Below are positions 62,101 to 64,000 of a stretch of DNA of 64,000 bases, piece after piece. A program made the position numbers and the translations under genes. The notes under the pieces are model-generated. The model was not told where the DNA came from. It saw nothing but the letters and a program-made list of their open reading frames with translations, and did no database searches. The stretch is from Ranitomeya imitator. Taxonomy: Eukaryota. Location: the NCBI RefSeq assembly GCF_032444005.1, contig NC_091286.1, positions 24,242,001 through 24,306,000 of the forward strand. The letters are read 5' to 3'. How positions within the stretch are numbered: position 1 is the stretch's first letter; each line of letters opens with the position of its first letter.

Positions 62101-62318
62101 AGTGCTGCCTCCAGTTGTATACGGGCCCCAGTGAGCCTCCCTTCACTTATCATTTTTGCCCCGCACCTTTCCTGTGCTATGTCCCTTGTTTTTTTGGTCG
62201 ATAGAGTTGTTGTTTTTTTTTATGTGGTACTAACTCAATTTTTTTTTTTATCATTACCCTTTTGGATTCTGTACAACTTTTGAAATTTTTTTTTTGGGAA
62301 GGTGAAGTGATGTATATA

Positions 62319-63912
62319 CAGTGGGGCAAAAAAGTATTTAGTCAGTCAGCAATAGTGCAAGTTCCACCACTTAAAAAGATGAGAGGCGTCTGTAATTTAC
62401 ATCATAGGTAGACCTCAACTATGGGAGACAAACTGAGAAAAAAAAATCCAGAAAATCACATTGTCTGTTTTTTTAACATTTTATTTGCATATTATGGTGG
62501 AAAATAAGTATTTGGTCAGAAACAAACAATCAAGATTTCTGGCTCTCACAGACCTGTAACTTCTTCTTTAAGAGTCTCCTCTTTCCTCCACTCATTACCT
62601 GTAGTAATGGCACCTGTTTAAACTTGTTATCAGTATAAAAAGACACCCGTGCACACCCTCAAACAGTCTGACTCCAAACTCCACTATGGTGAAGACCAAA
62701 GAGCTGTCAAAGGACACCAGAAACAAAATTGTAGCCCTGCACCAGGCTGGGAAGACTGAATCTGCAATAGCCAACCAGCTTGGAGTGAAGAAATCAACAG
62801 TGGGAGCAATAATTAGAAAATGGAAGACATACAAGACCACTGATAATCTCCCTCGATCTGGGGCTCCACGCAAAATCCCACCCCGTGGGGTCAGAATGAT
62901 CACAAAAATCCCAGAACCACGCGGGGGGACCTAGTGAATGAACTGCAGAGAGCTGGGACCAATGTAACAAGGCCTACCATAAGTAACACACTACGCCACC
63001 ATGGACTCAGATTCTGCAGTGCCAGACGTGTCCCACTGCTTAAGCCAGTACATGTCCGGGCCCGTCTGAAGTTTGCTAGAGAGCATTTGGATGATCCAGA
63101 GGAGTTTTGGGAGAATGTCCTATGGTCTGATGAAACCAAACTGGAACTGTTTGGTAGAAACACAACTTGTCGTGTTTGGAGGAAAAAGAATACTGAGTTG
63201 CATCCATCAAACACCATACCTACTGTAAAGCATGGTGGTGGAAACATCATGCTTTGGGGCTGTTTCTCTGCAAAGGGGCCAGGACGACTGATCCGGGTAC
63301 ATGAAAGAATGAATGGGGCCATGTATCGTGAGATTTTGAGTGCAAACCTCCTTCCATCAGCAAGGGCATTGAAGATGAAACGTGGCTGGGTCTTTCAACA
63401 TGACAATGATCCAAAGCACACCGCCAGGGCAACGAAGGAGTGGCTTCGTAAGAAGCATTTCAAGGTCCTGGAGTGGCCTAGCCAGTCTCCAGATCTCAAC
63501 CCTATAGAAAACCTTTGGAGGGAGTTGAAAGTCCGTGTTGCCAAGCGAAAAGCCAAAAACATCACTGCTCTAGAGGAGATCTGCATGGAGGAATGGGCCA
63601 ACATACCAACAACAGTGTGTGGCAACTTTGTGAAGACTTACAGAAAACGTTTGACCTCTGTCATTGCCAACAAAGGATATATTACAAAGTATTGAGATGA
63701 AATTTTGTTTCTGACCAAATACTTATTTTCCACCATAATATGCAAATAAATTGTTAAAAAAACAGACAATGTGATTTTCTGGATTTTTTTTTTCTCAGTT
63801 TGTCTCCCATAGTTGAGGTCTACCTATGATGTAAATTACAGACTCCTCTCATCTTTTTAAGTGGTGGAACTTGCACTATTGCTGACTGACTAAATACTTT
63901 TTTGCCCCACTG
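62319..63912 (+). mobile_element. Tc1 (DD34E) transposon, near full length (1594 bp), ~210-bp TIRs
   Basis: CAGTGGGGCAAAAAAGTATTTAGTCAGTC... / ...GACTGACTAAATACTTTTTTGCCCCACTG. TA on the left, TG on the right. The TIRs differ at only about 2 positions that I could see. Confidence 0.96.
62686..63695 (+). pseudogene. Tc1 transposase, frameshifted once
   Basis: HTH N-terminus (MVKTKELSKD...GAPRKIP) in ORF 62686-62934. The rest is in ORF 62934-63695 with [15 protein letters not shown] and SPDLNPIEN, 34 residues between the second D and the E. Frameshift near 62905. Confidence 0.9.
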
Positions 63913-64000
63913 TGTATGTATGTATATATATATTACGGGTGAGACTGGTGTATACCAACTTTTTGAGTTTTTCTCAGTCTTGGCTTGTTTGCGCATTTAT

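Overview
Vertebrate genomic DNA, most likely a frog. The taxon is inferred from a vertebrate-type SRP9, CR1 and L2 LINEs, TTAA-flanked T2/Kolobok MITEs, Harbinger MITEs and Tc1 elements. The only protein-coding gene I can firmly identify is SRP9: + strand, three coding exons (45457-45528, 49732-49800, 52191-52310), 86 aa, with a CpG-rich promoter and a polyA signal. Most of the rest is repetitive. About 14 tandem arrays (16-86 bp units) explain nearly all the long ORFs in the supplied track. There are two near-identical CR1 copies in opposite orientation on either side of SRP9, an L2 fragment, an L1-type fragment with a 16-bp TSD, several LTR remnants (one nested in another), a young Tc1 with a single frameshift, an old Tc1 derivative and several MITEs. 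The most unusual items are: (1) a 1.73-kb foldback transposon with a perfect 9-bp TSD in SRP9 intron 1, carrying a cryptic splice acceptor plus AATAAA that its own hairpin could mask; (2) four decayed minimal hammerhead-ribozyme motifs in Penelope-like direct and inverted repeats; (3) a minisatellite forming an array of about 40 CCAAT boxes 3.8 kb upstream of SRP9; (4) an 18-bp array forming a frame-preserving His-rich ORF; (5) a probable promoter and first exon of the next gene, with overlapping ZNF143-like and p53-like sites. There is no CRISPR array, rRNA or tRNA. I could not recognise a second coding gene; candidate exons are listed at low confidence. All alignments were done by eye.
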